A stretch of 64,000 nucleotides of DNA from Lignipirellula cremea (GTDB lineage Bacteria; Planctomycetota; Planctomycetia; Pirellulales; Pirellulaceae), in NCBI RefSeq assembly GCF_007751035.1, contig NZ_CP036433.1, positions 712,437-776,436 on the forward strand, read 5' to 3'. The notes beneath the pieces are model-generated. The model worked only from the letters and a program-made list of their open reading frames with translations, was not told the origin of the DNA and made no database searches. The position numbers and the translations under genes were made by a program. Positions 53,598 through 64,000 of this stretch are shown one piece after another; the stretch's first letter is position 1; each line of letters starts with the position of its first letter.

Positions 53598-54767
53598 TCA
53601 GGCTTCGCCCCGCACGGTGCGACGATAGTCGGACGGCGTCTGGCCCGTTTCTCGGACGAAGACCTCGTGCAGGCGGATCGAATCGCGAAAGCCCGTTTCA
53701 TGGGCGATCTGCTTGACGAGCAGTTCCGTCTCCGCCAGCAGGCGTTTGGCCTTCAGCACCCGCAGTCGGCGGATCTCGGCCGCGACCGAGCGGCCCGTTG
53801 CGGTCTGGAAACGACGCTCCAGCGTGCGGCGGGAAACGCCGACCGCGGCCGCCACATCGTCGACGGCCAGCCCTTGCCGGGTATGGCGTTCAATATGCCG
53901 CATGGCGATCGCCACGGTTTCATCGTCGACCGCAAAAAAGTCGGTCGAGTCGCGGGCAATGATGCCGGTCGGCGACAGGAACCGATGCAGCGGATCCGCC
54001 TCGCCGCCCCGCATCAGGCGATCCAGCAGCTGGGCGGCCTGGTAGCCGATCTGCTCATAGTTGACCTCGACCGATGTCAACGAAGGCGGCGGCATCTCGC
54101 CGATCAACGGTTCATTGGTGGAAGTCAACAGACCCACATCTTCTGGTATCCGTAACCCGTTCCGGCGGCACGCATGGACCACATAACGGGCCGTCACATC
54201 GTTGGCCGCCACCAGCAGACCGATCGGCGTTTTCCATCCGGCAATCCAATCGTCGAGCATCTGCTGGAACCGGACCCAACTGTTCGCACTGCGGTAGAAC
54301 AGTCGCGGAGCGCTGGCGAAAGTGCACTCGGCGCCCAGTTCCTCAATGGCCGCGTGGAAGGACTGGGTCATCTCCCGGTGCGCCCTTTCCCGGGGAGAGG
54401 ACAGACAGGCGAACTGCCGGAAACCACGATCGGCCAGATGCCCGCACGCCTGGCGACCAACGGCGGCAAAGTCGGGAAACACGCCCGGCAACCGATCGAC
54501 CTCGGGCGAGTTCAGCCAGACGTTCACCAGCGGCACGCCCGCTTCCCAGGCCATCTGCGCCAGCGGACTCGACGCCCTGGCGATCAGCCCGTCGTAGCCG
54601 GTCAGCTGCTCTGGCCAGGATCCGCCGGACCCGTGAATGCATTCGTCAATCTCGCACAGCCAGTCGCCGGCGTCGCGGGCAAAGTGCTGCGTGCCGGCGA
54701 ACACATCCACATGCCGGCGGTACGGCCACATCAGCTCCAGCATGATTCCCACTCGTAGCGGCGCCAT
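53598..54767 (-). CDS. AraC-family regulator with a periplasmic-binding-protein-like sensor domain (XylR-like)
   Basis: C-terminal AraC helix-turn-helix (..IAHETGFRDSIRLHEVFVRETGQTPSDYRR). N-terminal sugar-binding-like fold. Start codon uncertain; the ORF extends to 54836. Confidence 0.6.
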   Translation of the reverse strand: MAPLRVGIMLELMWPYRRHVDVFAGTQHFARDAGDWLCEIDECIHGSGGSWPEQLTGYDGLIARASSPLAQMAWEAGVPLVNVWLNSPEVDRLPGVFPDFAAVGRQACGHLADRGFRQFACLSSPRERAHREMTQSFHAAIEELGAECTFASAPRLFYRSANSWVRFQQMLDDWIAGWKTPIGLLVAANDVTARYVVHACRRNGLRIPEDVGLLTSTNEPLIGEMPPPSLTSVEVNYEQIGYQAAQLLDRLMRGGEADPLHRFLSPTGIIARDSTDFFAVDDETVAIAMRHIERHTRQGLAVDDVAAAVGVSRRTLERRFQTATGRSVAAEIRRLRVLKAKRLLAETELLVKQIAHETGFRDSIRLHEVFVRETGQTPSDYRRTVRGEA

Positions 54768-54907
54768 CAGTCGGCTCCCCGGTCGGCGTAAACTCGCAGT
54801 TGATTGGCGTAAAATCGTACTTGCCTTAGGGTACACTAAAGGTCAGGTGAAAGCGCCCGTCCTGCTTTTCCCTGCGTCTGTTTCCCTCCTCTTCTGCTGG
54901 TCCTGCT

Positions 54908-57232
54908 ATGGAACGATCCCGCGTTACTATCGTCCGCCTGGCAGTCATGCTGGTGCTGGGGCAGGCAGCAGCCGGTGCGGTCGAGCCGCAGGGGTCGGTC
55001 GAAAAAGGTCCGGCCTGGACGGCGACCAGGTTTGAGAAGTTCGTGGGGCAGCACTGCCTCGACTGCCACAGTACGGACGATCCGGCCGGTGACGTGGACC
55101 TGAGCGGACTGGCTGCCGAGGGCGGCCTGAATGGACAGCACTGGCAACGCGCGCTGGCGCAGTTAGCAAGCGGACAGATGCCGCCCGACGATGCGGCGCG
55201 ACCCGCGCTGGCGGACCGGGAAGCGGCCATCGCCTGGCTGGCGTCGACTTTGACGCAGAGCGGACAGACGCCGCATTTTGGCGATGGCCCGTTGCCGCAG
55301 GACGGTAACCTGGTCGACCATGAGCGGTTGTTCAGCGGCCTGCATGCGGGTCCGGCCTTCTCGCCGCCGCGATTCTGGCGGCGGAGCGGACCGCAGTACG
55401 ATGCGCTGATGGAACGGCTGTGGGTCATCCCGCGCTTGCGGTATGAAAAAACGCACACGCGGAACGATCCCGACTGGGCCGCCTACAGTTACAGCCAGCC
55501 GTTCGCCTCGCTGGACCCGAGCCACTTCACCAACTATTCCGGCAGCGTGCACGCCGATGAAGCCGCCTTGCGGGCCCTGCTCGATGCGGGCGGGCAGATC
55601 GCCGAACGGCTGACGTCCGACCAGACGGCCTACGCCAAAGAGCTGCAGCCGCCGCATGCGGTCGGTATCCCCACCATTCGTCGCGGCAGTTCGTGGGAGC
55701 GTTTCAAGCAGGAACCGCCGGCCCGACCGGCCGAGTTCGAGCCGTTCGTCCAGCAGGAACCGCAGCCCCACGCGGAGCAGCAACAGGCGGTCGTGCAGCG
55801 GGTGTTCGCCCTGCTGCTGAACCGGCAGCCCACGTCCGAAGAAGCAGATCGCTATGGCGAGTTTCTGCGCCGAGGAATGGAGAAGAACGGCCCGTTGCCG
55901 GCCCTGAAAGGGCTGATCACGGCGGTGATGGTGAGCCCGGAGTTTGTCTTCCGGATGGAAGTCGGCATGAGCCCGCCCGACGAACATGGCCGCCGGAGGT
56001 TATCCCCGTCGGAACTGGCGTATGCGATCGGATACGCCCTGACCGACGCCGGCCCCGACGCCGAAATCTGGGAAGCGGTCGAGTCCGGCCGGCTGCAGAC
56101 GAAAGCCGATGTGGCCCGCCAGGTGCAACGTCTGTTGGCGGACGATCGGATCGAGAAGCAGCGGAAGCTGCGGTTCTTCCAGGAGTTCTTCGGCTACCCC
56201 CAGGCGGTCGATGTCTTCAAAGACCAGGGCGGCTGGCCGCTTGAGGTGCAGTACCTGGTCCGCGACGCCGACATGCTGGTGGAGCACGTGCTGCGGCAGG
56301 ATAAAGATGTGTTTGCCCAGCTGCTCACGACCGATCGGTACTTTGTGGCTTACCCCTACATTCCTGACCCGGAACTGTTCGAGGCTATCATCGCGTCAAC
56401 GCGGGAAGAGACCCAGGAAAGCATGGCCCGCCAGAAACAACGCGGCCGTTCTGTCGGGCCTGATCCGCAAGGCAAATACAACCGGGCCTGGGCCCTCACG
56501 CAAGGCCGGGAGCTGATTCCGCGGACCGTGCATAACGATCGCGGCTCGGCCGAAATGTCGTACATCCGCATCTATGGGATCGACGGGAATACGTTCTCCT
56601 GGACGAAGAACCAGCCGATCGCCGTGCCTGGTCGCCGGGCCGGCATCCTGACGCATCCAGCCTGGCTGGCGGCCCATTCGACCGCGTTTGATAACAGCGT
56701 GGTCGGCCGCGGCCATTGGATTCGTGAGAACCTGCTGGCGGGCAAGATCCCCAACGTGCCGATTGATGTCGAAGCCCAGTTGCCGGACGAACCGAACAGC
56801 ACGCTCCGCGAACGGATGCGGGCGACCCGGGCCGAGCGCTGCGTTCGCTGCCATCGCCAGATGGATCCGCTTGGTTTCCCGTTCGAGATCTACGACCACT
56901 GGGGTCAGTTCCGCGAACAGGAAATGGTCGGTCAGAAGAAGAACATGCCCAAAGAGATCAACCCGCAAGGAGCCATTCTGGCCAGCGGCGATCCGGCGCT
57001 TGATGGCCCGGTCGACGATGCGATTGACCTGGTGCAGCGGCTGGCCCAGTCGCCGCGGGTGCGGCAGTCGATGATCCGGCATGCGTTCCGTTACTGGATG
57101 GGGCGGAATGAAATGCTCAGCGACGCCCCGACATTGCTGGCGGCCGATCGGGCATATCTGGATAGCGGCGGCAGCTTCAACGCCGTGATTGTTTCGCTGC
57201 TGACGTCGGACTCGTTCCTGTATCGCAAGTGA
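54908..57232 (+). CDS. DUF1592/DUF1595/DUF1587/DUF1585/DUF1588-type protein with a cytochrome-like CxxCH
   Basis: Signal peptide, CLDCHSTDDPAGDVDLSGL. C-terminal ..RHAFRYWMGRNEMLSDAPTLLAADRAYLDSGGSFNAVIVSLLTSDSFLYRK. Followed by a DUF1552 gene, the typical Planctomycete pair. Confidence 0.7.
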   Translation: MERSRVTIVRLAVMLVLGQAAAGAVEPQGSVEKGPAWTATRFEKFVGQHCLDCHSTDDPAGDVDLSGLAAEGGLNGQHWQRALAQLASGQMPPDDAARPALADREAAIAWLASTLTQSGQTPHFGDGPLPQDGNLVDHERLFSGLHAGPAFSPPRFWRRSGPQYDALMERLWVIPRLRYEKTHTRNDPDWAAYSYSQPFASLDPSHFTNYSGSVHADEAALRALLDAGGQIAERLTSDQTAYAKELQPPHAVGIPTIRRGSSWERFKQEPPARPAEFEPFVQQEPQPHAEQQQAVVQRVFALLLNRQPTSEEADRYGEFLRRGMEKNGPLPALKGLITAVMVSPEFVFRMEVGMSPPDEHGRRRLSPSELAYAIGYALTDAGPDAEIWEAVESGRLQTKADVARQVQRLLADDRIEKQRKLRFFQEFFGYPQAVDVFKDQGGWPLEVQYLVRDADMLVEHVLRQDKDVFAQLLTTDRYFVAYPYIPDPELFEAIIASTREETQESMARQKQRGRSVGPDPQGKYNRAWALTQGRELIPRTVHNDRGSAEMSYIRIYGIDGNTFSWTKNQPIAVPGRRAGILTHPAWLAAHSTAFDNSVVGRGHWIRENLLAGKIPNVPIDVEAQLPDEPNSTLRERMRATRAERCVRCHRQMDPLGFPFEIYDHWGQFREQEMVGQKKNMPKEINPQGAILASGDPALDGPVDDAIDLVQRLAQSPRVRQSMIRHAFRYWMGRNEMLSDAPTLLAADRAYLDSGGSFNAVIVSLLTSDSFLYRK

Positions 57233-57296
57233 CGGCTGACTTGTTGAGGATCGCGTCCTTCCTGGAATTCACGTTATCGAAGCGGAGTAAAACGGC

Positions 57297-58721
57297 ATGC
57301 CATTCCATCGCAGGCAACTTCTGAAAGGCGCCGCTGCGGCGTTCGGTTCGCTGCAGCTGCCGCCCTGGCTGGGATCGGTCCAGGCGGCAGTGAAAGCGCG
57401 GGCCGGGGGCCAGTCGCAGCAGCCCATGCGGTTTGTGTTTTGTATCCGCTCGAACGGGCTGTGGGCCGAAATGCTGCAGCCGCCCGCCCTGCTGAATCGC
57501 TTGCCGTTTCCGGTCGCCTACGACGAGAAAGGGCGACTCGTCCCCGGAGAGCATGGCAGTGGAAGACGCCTCGTCACGCCGGCGGCCGACCTGGCTTTGG
57601 GAAAAGACCTGCAGCTGAACGAAGTGATGCAGCCGCTCACGCCGTTTCGCCAGAAGCTCTCGATCCTGCAGGGGATCAACTCGGGTTTCTCCGTCTACCA
57701 CAAAGCCGGCTACCAGACGCTGGGAGCCTTTGCTGGCAAGAAGCGGGACTCCGATGAAGTCGCCGGACCGACGGTCGACTCCATGCTGGCCCGGGCGTTC
57801 CCGGGACCGGCGCCGCATGTTTGCCTGGGGCACGATCCCAAGTCGCCGTCGGGCGTGGCGTATGTGCCAACTTCGGCCGAGGCCCGCGACAAGCCGATCG
57901 CTTTCTTCACGCATCCGAAACGGGCGTACAAAGAACTGTTCGGCGTGGTCGGCGAAGGGTCCGCCCGCAGCCATTATGAAACGCAGTCCGACATTCTCGA
58001 TTTCTTCGCCGCCGACGCCCAGCGTTTGCGGGCCCGCACGGCGGGTCCGGAACGGGAGCAACTGGACCGCTATTTGAATGCCTTTGAGTCGTTGCGGCAG
58101 AGTCGGCAGGAGGTCGAAGCGATCCGCGACCAGTTGCGGCGGTACGCGCCCAAGCCGCCGGCTGAGATCGAGGCCGGCGCCACCATGAAGGTCGGCGCCG
58201 GGAATACCGAGATCGCCATCGCCTCCCTGCTGAGCGGGCTGACGAATGTCGTTACGCTGCGGTTTGATCTGCTCAGCTCCAGCAGTTATGAGGGAGTCGG
58301 TTCGTTGCACGCCGGCATCGGACACGGCCAGGTGAAGGATATGGTCGGCGCCCGGCGCCAGGTGTGCCGCTTTCACTTTGAGCAGATCGCCCGCATGGCG
58401 ACCGCCCTGGAAGCGATCCCCGAAGGGGACGGCACGATGCTCGATAACACGGTGTTTGTGTATACGAGCGACAACGGCGAAACGCATCACTCGGCCGGCG
58501 TGAATTACCCGATCCTGCTGCTGGGCGATCTGGGCGGCCGCCTGGCCACGGGCCGGTACTTCGCCCCGGGGAACGAGCAGACCGACCGCAGCCAGCCCGG
58601 CTATACTCGTCTGGGAGATGTCTGGGCGACCCTGCTGGCCGCCGCTGGACAACCGTACCAGGACTTCGGCATACCGATCAACGGCTTGCCGCATCGACCC
58701 ATTGAATCCCTGCTGGCTTGA
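57297..58721 (+). CDS. DUF1552 protein (Tat signal)
   Basis: HRRQLLKGAAAAFGSL twin-arginine signal and DUF1552-wide similarity. Confidence 0.75.
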   Translation: MPFHRRQLLKGAAAAFGSLQLPPWLGSVQAAVKARAGGQSQQPMRFVFCIRSNGLWAEMLQPPALLNRLPFPVAYDEKGRLVPGEHGSGRRLVTPAADLALGKDLQLNEVMQPLTPFRQKLSILQGINSGFSVYHKAGYQTLGAFAGKKRDSDEVAGPTVDSMLARAFPGPAPHVCLGHDPKSPSGVAYVPTSAEARDKPIAFFTHPKRAYKELFGVVGEGSARSHYETQSDILDFFAADAQRLRARTAGPEREQLDRYLNAFESLRQSRQEVEAIRDQLRRYAPKPPAEIEAGATMKVGAGNTEIAIASLLSGLTNVVTLRFDLLSSSSYEGVGSLHAGIGHGQVKDMVGARRQVCRFHFEQIARMATALEAIPEGDGTMLDNTVFVYTSDNGETHHSAGVNYPILLLGDLGGRLATGRYFAPGNEQTDRSQPGYTRLGDVWATLLAAAGQPYQDFGIPINGLPHRPIESLLA

Positions 58722-61048
58722 GCCCTATGAACGTCCTCTCCCCTGCCCTTCGCTTGCCGGGCCGAGTCGCGCAGGTCCGTCGCGCATGCCTGGCGTGCGG
58801 CGTTTGGCTGGCGTACGTCTTCTGCCTGGGAGCGTCCGTCCCGACGCTCGCCGGTGAGCCAGTGGACGAAGCGTCGGCCCGGCAACTGCGCGTCGGGTTC
58901 GACCAGACGGCCGGGCCATTCCTGCTGCAGCATTGCGTGGATTGCCATGGAGCAGACGATCCGGCAGGCGGCGTCTCCCTGCATCCGCTGGATCCGACCC
59001 GGCTGGGCGGAGACGATGCGGCCCTGTGGCAGAAAGTGCTCCAGGTGCTGAAGTTTGGCCAGATGCCGCCGCCAGGCGAACCTCAGCCGGAGCGGGCCGA
59101 CCTGGACCGCATGACCAGCTGGATCCAGGCCGAACTGGCCGCCGCGGGGCAGGAATCGGATGTTGATCACAAGCTGCTGCAGCCGGCTTACGCCAATTTG
59201 CTGCAGCATGAAAAACTGTTCGACGGTTCGATCACGGGCCCTGCGTTCAGCCGGCCGCGACTGTGGCGGATTCATCCGGAAGCGTACGACCAGCTGCTGG
59301 TCGGATTCGGCCGGGAGCTGACCCTGGGCGGGCCGCTGAGCAAGCCGTTTACTGTCGGCGAAGGGAAAGGACTCGCCGCCAATTACGCCGCGCTCATGCA
59401 GGCGGACTCAGCCACGCTGGGACAGCTGATGCTCAACTGCCGGCAGATCGCCCAGCTGCAGACGACCGGCTTTGTCCGGCAGGAGCAGGATCGCAAAACG
59501 AAGGAGATGGTCGAGAAGATTCACCGCCGCGCGCCGGATTCGTTCGCCGCCATTCTCGACAGCCCGGACGCACCGACCGCCGAGCAGATCGCCGCTGCGG
59601 TGGCGGAAGAATTCCAGCTGGTGCTGCTCCGCTCCCCCAGCAAAGAAGAGGCGGCCGACTTCACCGATCTGCTGCAGCGGGCGATCGCCGTTGGCGGCAA
59701 AGCGGGCGGCCTGCGCACCCTGGCGATGGCGGTGCTGATGCGGCCGGAAGCGATCTACCGGATGGAAGTCGGCCTGGGCGATACGACCGCTGACGGCCGG
59801 CGGATGCTCTCCCCTTACGAGCTGGCCCACGCGCTGGCGTACGCCTTGACCGATCTGCCGCCGGACCAGGTGCTGCTGGGTCCCCGCAAAAACAATCGGC
59901 CCGGACCGCCGTCGCTGCTGGACCTGGCCCGCGACGGCCAGCTGCAGTCGCGCGATGACGTCCTGCGTGTGGCGACGCAGATGTGGGATAACGAAGAGCT
60001 GCAGAAGCCGCGAGTCCTCCGCTTCTTTCAAGAGTTCTTCGGCTACGCCCACGCCGAAACGGTCTTCAAAGGAGACCGCGCCGGCAAGGAGTTCCACACG
60101 AAGATTCTGGTCAAAGACGCCGACGACCTGGTGCTGCACCTGGTGCGGCAGGATCGGGAAGTCCTCCGCGAGCTGCTCACGACCGATCGCTTCTTTGTGC
60201 AGTGGCCCGGCTCCCAGGCGGAATACGACCGGAAGATCCAGTACATCACGGAGCGGATCAAACCGGGGAACAAGGCCGACCGCAACTACAAGTATTTTGT
60301 CGCCCGGGTGGAACAAGGCCTGCGTCCCATGCCGCAGGCGAACCCCACGTGGCGATCGACCGTGCGGTTCTATAACCTGCACGAGAACACCTGGGACTAC
60401 CCCCTGGAGCAACCGTTCCCGATGCCGCCCGGCGAACGCGTGGGGCTGCTCACGCATCCCGCCTGGCTGGCGGCCTGGTCCGGCAATTTTGAGAATGACC
60501 CGATCCGTCGGGGGAAGTGGATTCGCGAGAACCTGCTGGCCGGAGCGGCGCCCGAGGCGCCGATCACGGTCGACGCCAGCGTGCCGGAAGACCCGCACAA
60601 AACGCTCCGCCAAAGACTGACCGTCACCCGGCAGGAATACTGCTGGAAGTGCCATCAGAACATGGAGCCGCTGGCCCTGCCGCTGGAAGCGTACGACGAC
60701 TTTGGCCAGTTCCGCACGGTCGAAGGACTGGGCGACACCCGCGCCCTGACGAAGCCGAAATCGACGGCTCCGCTGGAGACACATGGCCAGATTATCCACT
60801 CCGGCGATCCTGCCATCGACGGCCCCGTGCGTGATGTGCACGAGCTGATGCAGCGTCTGGCCAGTTCGTCGCGGGTGCGTCAAAGCTTTGTGCGGCACGC
60901 CTTCCGCTATTGGCTGGGACGGAACGAAATGCTGAGCGATTCGCCCACGCTGATCGCCGCCGACCAGGCGTATGTCGAACAGGACGGCAGCTTCAAGGCG
61001 CTCGTCCTGTCGCTGCTGACGTCCGACTCTTTTTTGTATCGCAAGTAA
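58718..61048 (+). CDS. DUF1592-type protein, paralog of 54908-57232
   Basis: Similar along its length to the 54908-57232 protein, including the conserved C-terminus ..SLLTSDSFLYRK. ATGA overlap with the DUF1552 gene. Confidence 0.7.
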   Translation: MSPMNVLSPALRLPGRVAQVRRACLACGVWLAYVFCLGASVPTLAGEPVDEASARQLRVGFDQTAGPFLLQHCVDCHGADDPAGGVSLHPLDPTRLGGDDAALWQKVLQVLKFGQMPPPGEPQPERADLDRMTSWIQAELAAAGQESDVDHKLLQPAYANLLQHEKLFDGSITGPAFSRPRLWRIHPEAYDQLLVGFGRELTLGGPLSKPFTVGEGKGLAANYAALMQADSATLGQLMLNCRQIAQLQTTGFVRQEQDRKTKEMVEKIHRRAPDSFAAILDSPDAPTAEQIAAAVAEEFQLVLLRSPSKEEAADFTDLLQRAIAVGGKAGGLRTLAMAVLMRPEAIYRMEVGLGDTTADGRRMLSPYELAHALAYALTDLPPDQVLLGPRKNNRPGPPSLLDLARDGQLQSRDDVLRVATQMWDNEELQKPRVLRFFQEFFGYAHAETVFKGDRAGKEFHTKILVKDADDLVLHLVRQDREVLRELLTTDRFFVQWPGSQAEYDRKIQYITERIKPGNKADRNYKYFVARVEQGLRPMPQANPTWRSTVRFYNLHENTWDYPLEQPFPMPPGERVGLLTHPAWLAAWSGNFENDPIRRGKWIRENLLAGAAPEAPITVDASVPEDPHKTLRQRLTVTRQEYCWKCHQNMEPLALPLEAYDDFGQFRTVEGLGDTRALTKPKSTAPLETHGQIIHSGDPAIDGPVRDVHELMQRLASSSRVRQSFVRHAFRYWLGRNEMLSDSPTLIAADQAYVEQDGSFKALVLSLLTSDSFLYRK

Positions 61049-61111
61049 CTCCTTCGGTCACCTGTACCTTTCACCCCTGCTTTTTCCTCTTTGAACACAA
61101 GGATTTTTCGT

Positions 61112-62173
61112 ATGTCGATTCGAAGTTTGTCTGTTTCCGCACTCCTGCTGACTTTGCTGGCGGCCGCGTCTCCGGCGCTGGCGGCGGAGAAGGTCGTCAA
61201 GGTGTATTTTCTGGTCGGTCAGTCCAACATGGAAGGGAAAGGGAACCCGGCCCATCTGGATACCTATCGCGAGGATCCGGCCATCAAGCCGACGTACGCG
61301 GGACTGAAAGACGGCGACGGCTGGAAGGTCCGCGACGATGTGTGGATCACCTACCCGTCGAAAGCAGGCGGCGCCAAACATGGCCCGCTGACGATCGGTT
61401 ACGGCACGAAGGAGCCGGAGTCGATCGGCCCCGAGTTTGGCTTTGGCCATGCGATCGGCGAAGCGACCGAAACGCCCGTGCTGCTGATCAAGATCGCCTG
61501 GGGCGGCAAGTCGCTGGCCGTCGATTTCCGTCCGCCGAGCGCCCCGCCGACCGACGCCGAACTTGCCGCGATGCTGGAACGCCTCCAGAAGAAGGCGCCG
61601 AATACCACCCTGGAAGAGGTGAAAGATCGCTACGGATTTTACTATCGCGAAACGATCCGCCACGCCAAAGAAGAACTGGCGAATATCGATGCGGAGTTCC
61701 CGGAGCTGAAAGGGTACAAGCCTGAGATCGCCGGCTTCATCTGGCACCAGGGCTTTAACGACGTCATCAATGGCGATCTCAAAGCGGAGCAGTACGCTTC
61801 TTATACCCGGTGGCTGGCCGACTTTATTCGCGACGTGCGGAAGGATCTCTCGGCGCCTGACATGCCGTTTGTCATCGGCGAGCTCAGCACGGGCGGCATC
61901 CCCAACCGGGGCGACTTCCAGAAAGCCCAGGCCGCCACGGCCGACATGAAAGAGTTCCAGGGGAACGTCGCCTTTGTGCCGACCGCCGAGTACTACGACA
62001 CGGTCGCCCAGGCACTATTCGAAAAAGGCGCCTGGAAAGGAACCGACGAAGAGAAAGCCCAGTGGGCCGCCGTCGGCAACGATCGCCCTTACCATTACCT
62101 GGGCTCCGGCAAGACGTACTACCTCAAAGGCGTCGCCTTCGCCGACGCCGTGCTGAAACTGCAGAGCAAGTAA
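61112..62173 (+). CDS. sialate O-acetylesterase-like (SASA/DUF303) SGNH hydrolase, secreted
   Basis: Signal peptide. YFLVGQSNMEG catalytic-Ser motif and GW..IWHQGFND block. Confidence 0.65.
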   Translation: MSIRSLSVSALLLTLLAAASPALAAEKVVKVYFLVGQSNMEGKGNPAHLDTYREDPAIKPTYAGLKDGDGWKVRDDVWITYPSKAGGAKHGPLTIGYGTKEPESIGPEFGFGHAIGEATETPVLLIKIAWGGKSLAVDFRPPSAPPTDAELAAMLERLQKKAPNTTLEEVKDRYGFYYRETIRHAKEELANIDAEFPELKGYKPEIAGFIWHQGFNDVINGDLKAEQYASYTRWLADFIRDVRKDLSAPDMPFVIGELSTGGIPNRGDFQKAQAATADMKEFQGNVAFVPTAEYYDTVAQALFEKGAWKGTDEEKAQWAAVGNDRPYHYLGSGKTYYLKGVAFADAVLKLQSK

Positions 62174-62286
62174 ACCGCCGCCGTTTGTCCTGGAATTAAA
62201 AGACAAACAATAAGAGGAGTTCACCGCTCCCTCTGCGGTGAATCCTTTCTTCTTGCCCCGCGATTCCCCCGTAGAACCGTCATTTC

Positions 62287-64000
62287 TCAGTGATCAAAGT
62301 CGAACGTCACCTTGCCGTCGACCAGGACCAGGGCCGCGCTGAAGGGTTGGCCGGCCTGGGACTTGAAGCCTTTGAGGACGGATGTCTTTCCGTCGCGCAG
62401 CAGCGTTTTCACGGTCCTCGCGGAGATCCGCTTGCCGGACATGGTTTTCCAGACCGTCATCGGGCAGCCTTCCCGCCAGCGACTGCAGCAGAACGACTTG
62501 GGCTGCTCGACCACCGCCGCTTCGCATAAAGGGCAGAGACCGAGCGCCGTCGAAGCGGTCTCTTTCTTCCCCCCTTCCGCGCCGCCGGCCGTATCGGTTT
62601 GGGGCGATTTCCGCGAGCGGGTCGTCTTGCCGGCCTTCGCCGACGTCGCCCGTTTGGTTCCCGAGCCCGAAGTGCGAGCACGACCGGAAGCAGCGCGGCG
62701 GGTCCTGCCGCCGCCTGGTGTTGTCCCGCCTGGTTCCGCATCCCCTGCTCGTGAACGACGCGACGTCCGCTTCTTGCCGCGCCGTTTGCCGCCGGACTGT
62801 TCGTCTCCCTGGGGGACGGGAATCTCCACCAGGGCGCCGGTGCGCGTCATGCTGAGCTGGTGCTTGCGTCCATCGCCCAGCTCGATCGGTTCCAGCAGTA
62901 CGCCGTGCTGCAGCAGGGCCCGCACCTGCCGCGGGTCCAGCTCCACTTCGCCGAAAGCGGGCTCCAGCACAAACGTGCAACCGCCCCGCCATGCCGAGCA
63001 GCCGAACGCCCTTTTGCCGGCGATGACGGGCTGTCCGCATTGCGGGCAATCGCCCAGTTTTTGTTCGTCGATTTCCAGCGGTTCGCTGGAACGGAGGATC
63101 CGCCGGATGTAGTCGGCGATCTCCTGCATGAACGCTTCGGGCGCCGCCTTGCCGGTTTCGATCCGCTTGAGCATCGACTCCCATTCGCCGGTCAGCTCGG
63201 GCGATTTCAACTGCGGATCGCGGACCAGAGCGATCAGATATCGGCCCAGGTCGGTCGCTTCCAGGTTCTTCGCCTGGCGGACAAGGTACTTCCGGTTGAG
63301 CAGCGTTTCAATAATGGCGGCGCGGGTCGCCGGCGTGCCGAGCCCTTTCTCTTTGAGCGCTTCGCGCAGCTCCGCGTCGTCGACCGTTTTGCCGGCCGTG
63401 TCCATCGCTCCCAGCAGCGTGTTCTCGGTAAAGTGCTTGGGCGGCGTGGTCTCGCCCGGCTGGATCCACGGTTTGTGGGGACCGCTTTCACCTGGCTTGA
63501 AGGCGGGCAGCGGCTGGGCGTCGTCGGCTTCTTTCCCTTTGGCTTTGCGTGGATAAAGCTCCGTCCAGCCTGGCGAAACAATCCGCACGCCGCGGGCCCG
63601 GAACGGCGTTTTGCCGGCTAGCGCGTCGACCGTGGTCGCTTCCTTTATGCACGGCGGATAGAACGCGGCGATGAAGCGGATCACAATCGCTTCAAAAATC
63701 TTCCGCTCCCGATCGGCCAGGCTGGCAGGCGACGCGCCGGTCGGAATGATTGCATGGTGGTCGCTGACCTTCTGGCTGTTGATGATGCGTCCATTGAACG
63801 GCAACGCCTGGAGGTTCAGCTTGCCGACCTCCTGTGGCTTGAAGGTCTGCAGTCGCTGCATAATCCGCTGGGCCTCGCTTTTCATCTCGCTGCCCAGATA
63901 GCGGGAGTCGGTGCGGGGATAGGAGATCAGCTTCGCCTCGTACAGCGACTGGGCTCCCTGCAGCACGGAGGCGGCCGACATGCCGTACCGGCGGTTCATG
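62287..64000 (-). CDS. type IA DNA topoisomerase (C-terminal part; N-terminus lies beyond the window end)
   Basis: LISYPRTDSRYL active-site Tyr region, TOPRIM-distal domains, two C-terminal Zn-ribbon-like CxxC...C motifs. The ORF runs into the window edge. Confidence 0.75.
   Translation of the reverse strand, partial: MNRRYGMSAASVLQGAQSLYEAKLISYPRTDSRYLGSEMKSEAQRIMQRLQTFKPQEVGKLNLQALPFNGRIINSQKVSDHHAIIPTGASPASLADRERKIFEAIVIRFIAAFYPPCIKEATTVDALAGKTPFRARGVRIVSPGWTELYPRKAKGKEADDAQPLPAFKPGESGPHKPWIQPGETTPPKHFTENTLLGAMDTAGKTVDDAELREALKEKGLGTPATRAAIIETLLNRKYLVRQAKNLEATDLGRYLIALVRDPQLKSPELTGEWESMLKRIETGKAAPEAFMQEIADYIRRILRSSEPLEIDEQKLGDCPQCGQPVIAGKRAFGCSAWRGGCTFVLEPAFGEVELDPRQVRALLQHGVLLEPIELGDGRKHQLSMTRTGALVEIPVPQGDEQSGGKRRGKKRTSRRSRAGDAEPGGTTPGGGRTRRAASGRARTSGSGTKRATSAKAGKTTRSRKSPQTDTAGGAEGGKKETASTALGLCPLCEAAVVEQPKSFCCSRWREGCPMTVWKTMSGKRISARTVKTLLRDGKTSVLKGFKSQAGQPFSAALVLVDGKVTFDFDH

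Overview
This GC-rich window looks Planctomycetota-like: it carries a DUF1553/DUF1501 pair, a DUF1592-like/DUF1552/DUF1592-like triplet, two DUF1080 proteins, a sulfatase, and a cytochrome c/LamG/dehydrogenase mega-protein. Ordinary housekeeping blocks are present: an ABC transporter, an orphan groES, rplY-pth, rpsF-ssb-rplI, tkt, lysS-cmk, a penicillin-acylase homologue and an acyl-CoA synthetase. Two loci stand out. (1) At 13.9-18.6 kb there is a tandem array of four paralogous secreted proteins built from an STN-like domain plus secretin-N-like repeats, with no secretin pore domain. Three transcription units begin with the same leader module: a TA(G/A)AAT box, an exactly 19-nt spacer, a GTGCGATCG..CGATCGCAC-type palindrome, then CTTTT. 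(2) At 33.1-37.7 kb there is a dense minus-strand tRNA array of about 26 tRNA or tRNA-like genes. It has been hit by an IS5/IS1182-like element with a 5-bp target-site duplication, and by a 101-bp MITE lodged in the anticodon loop of tRNA-Asp. A related 391-bp MITE copy lies at 51.7 kb. Several array members are degenerate or noncanonical: G at T-loop position 55, C33, a class-I tRNA with a UAA anticodon, and unpaired acceptor tops. All tRNA calls were folded by hand, and coordinates may be off by a few nucleotides.
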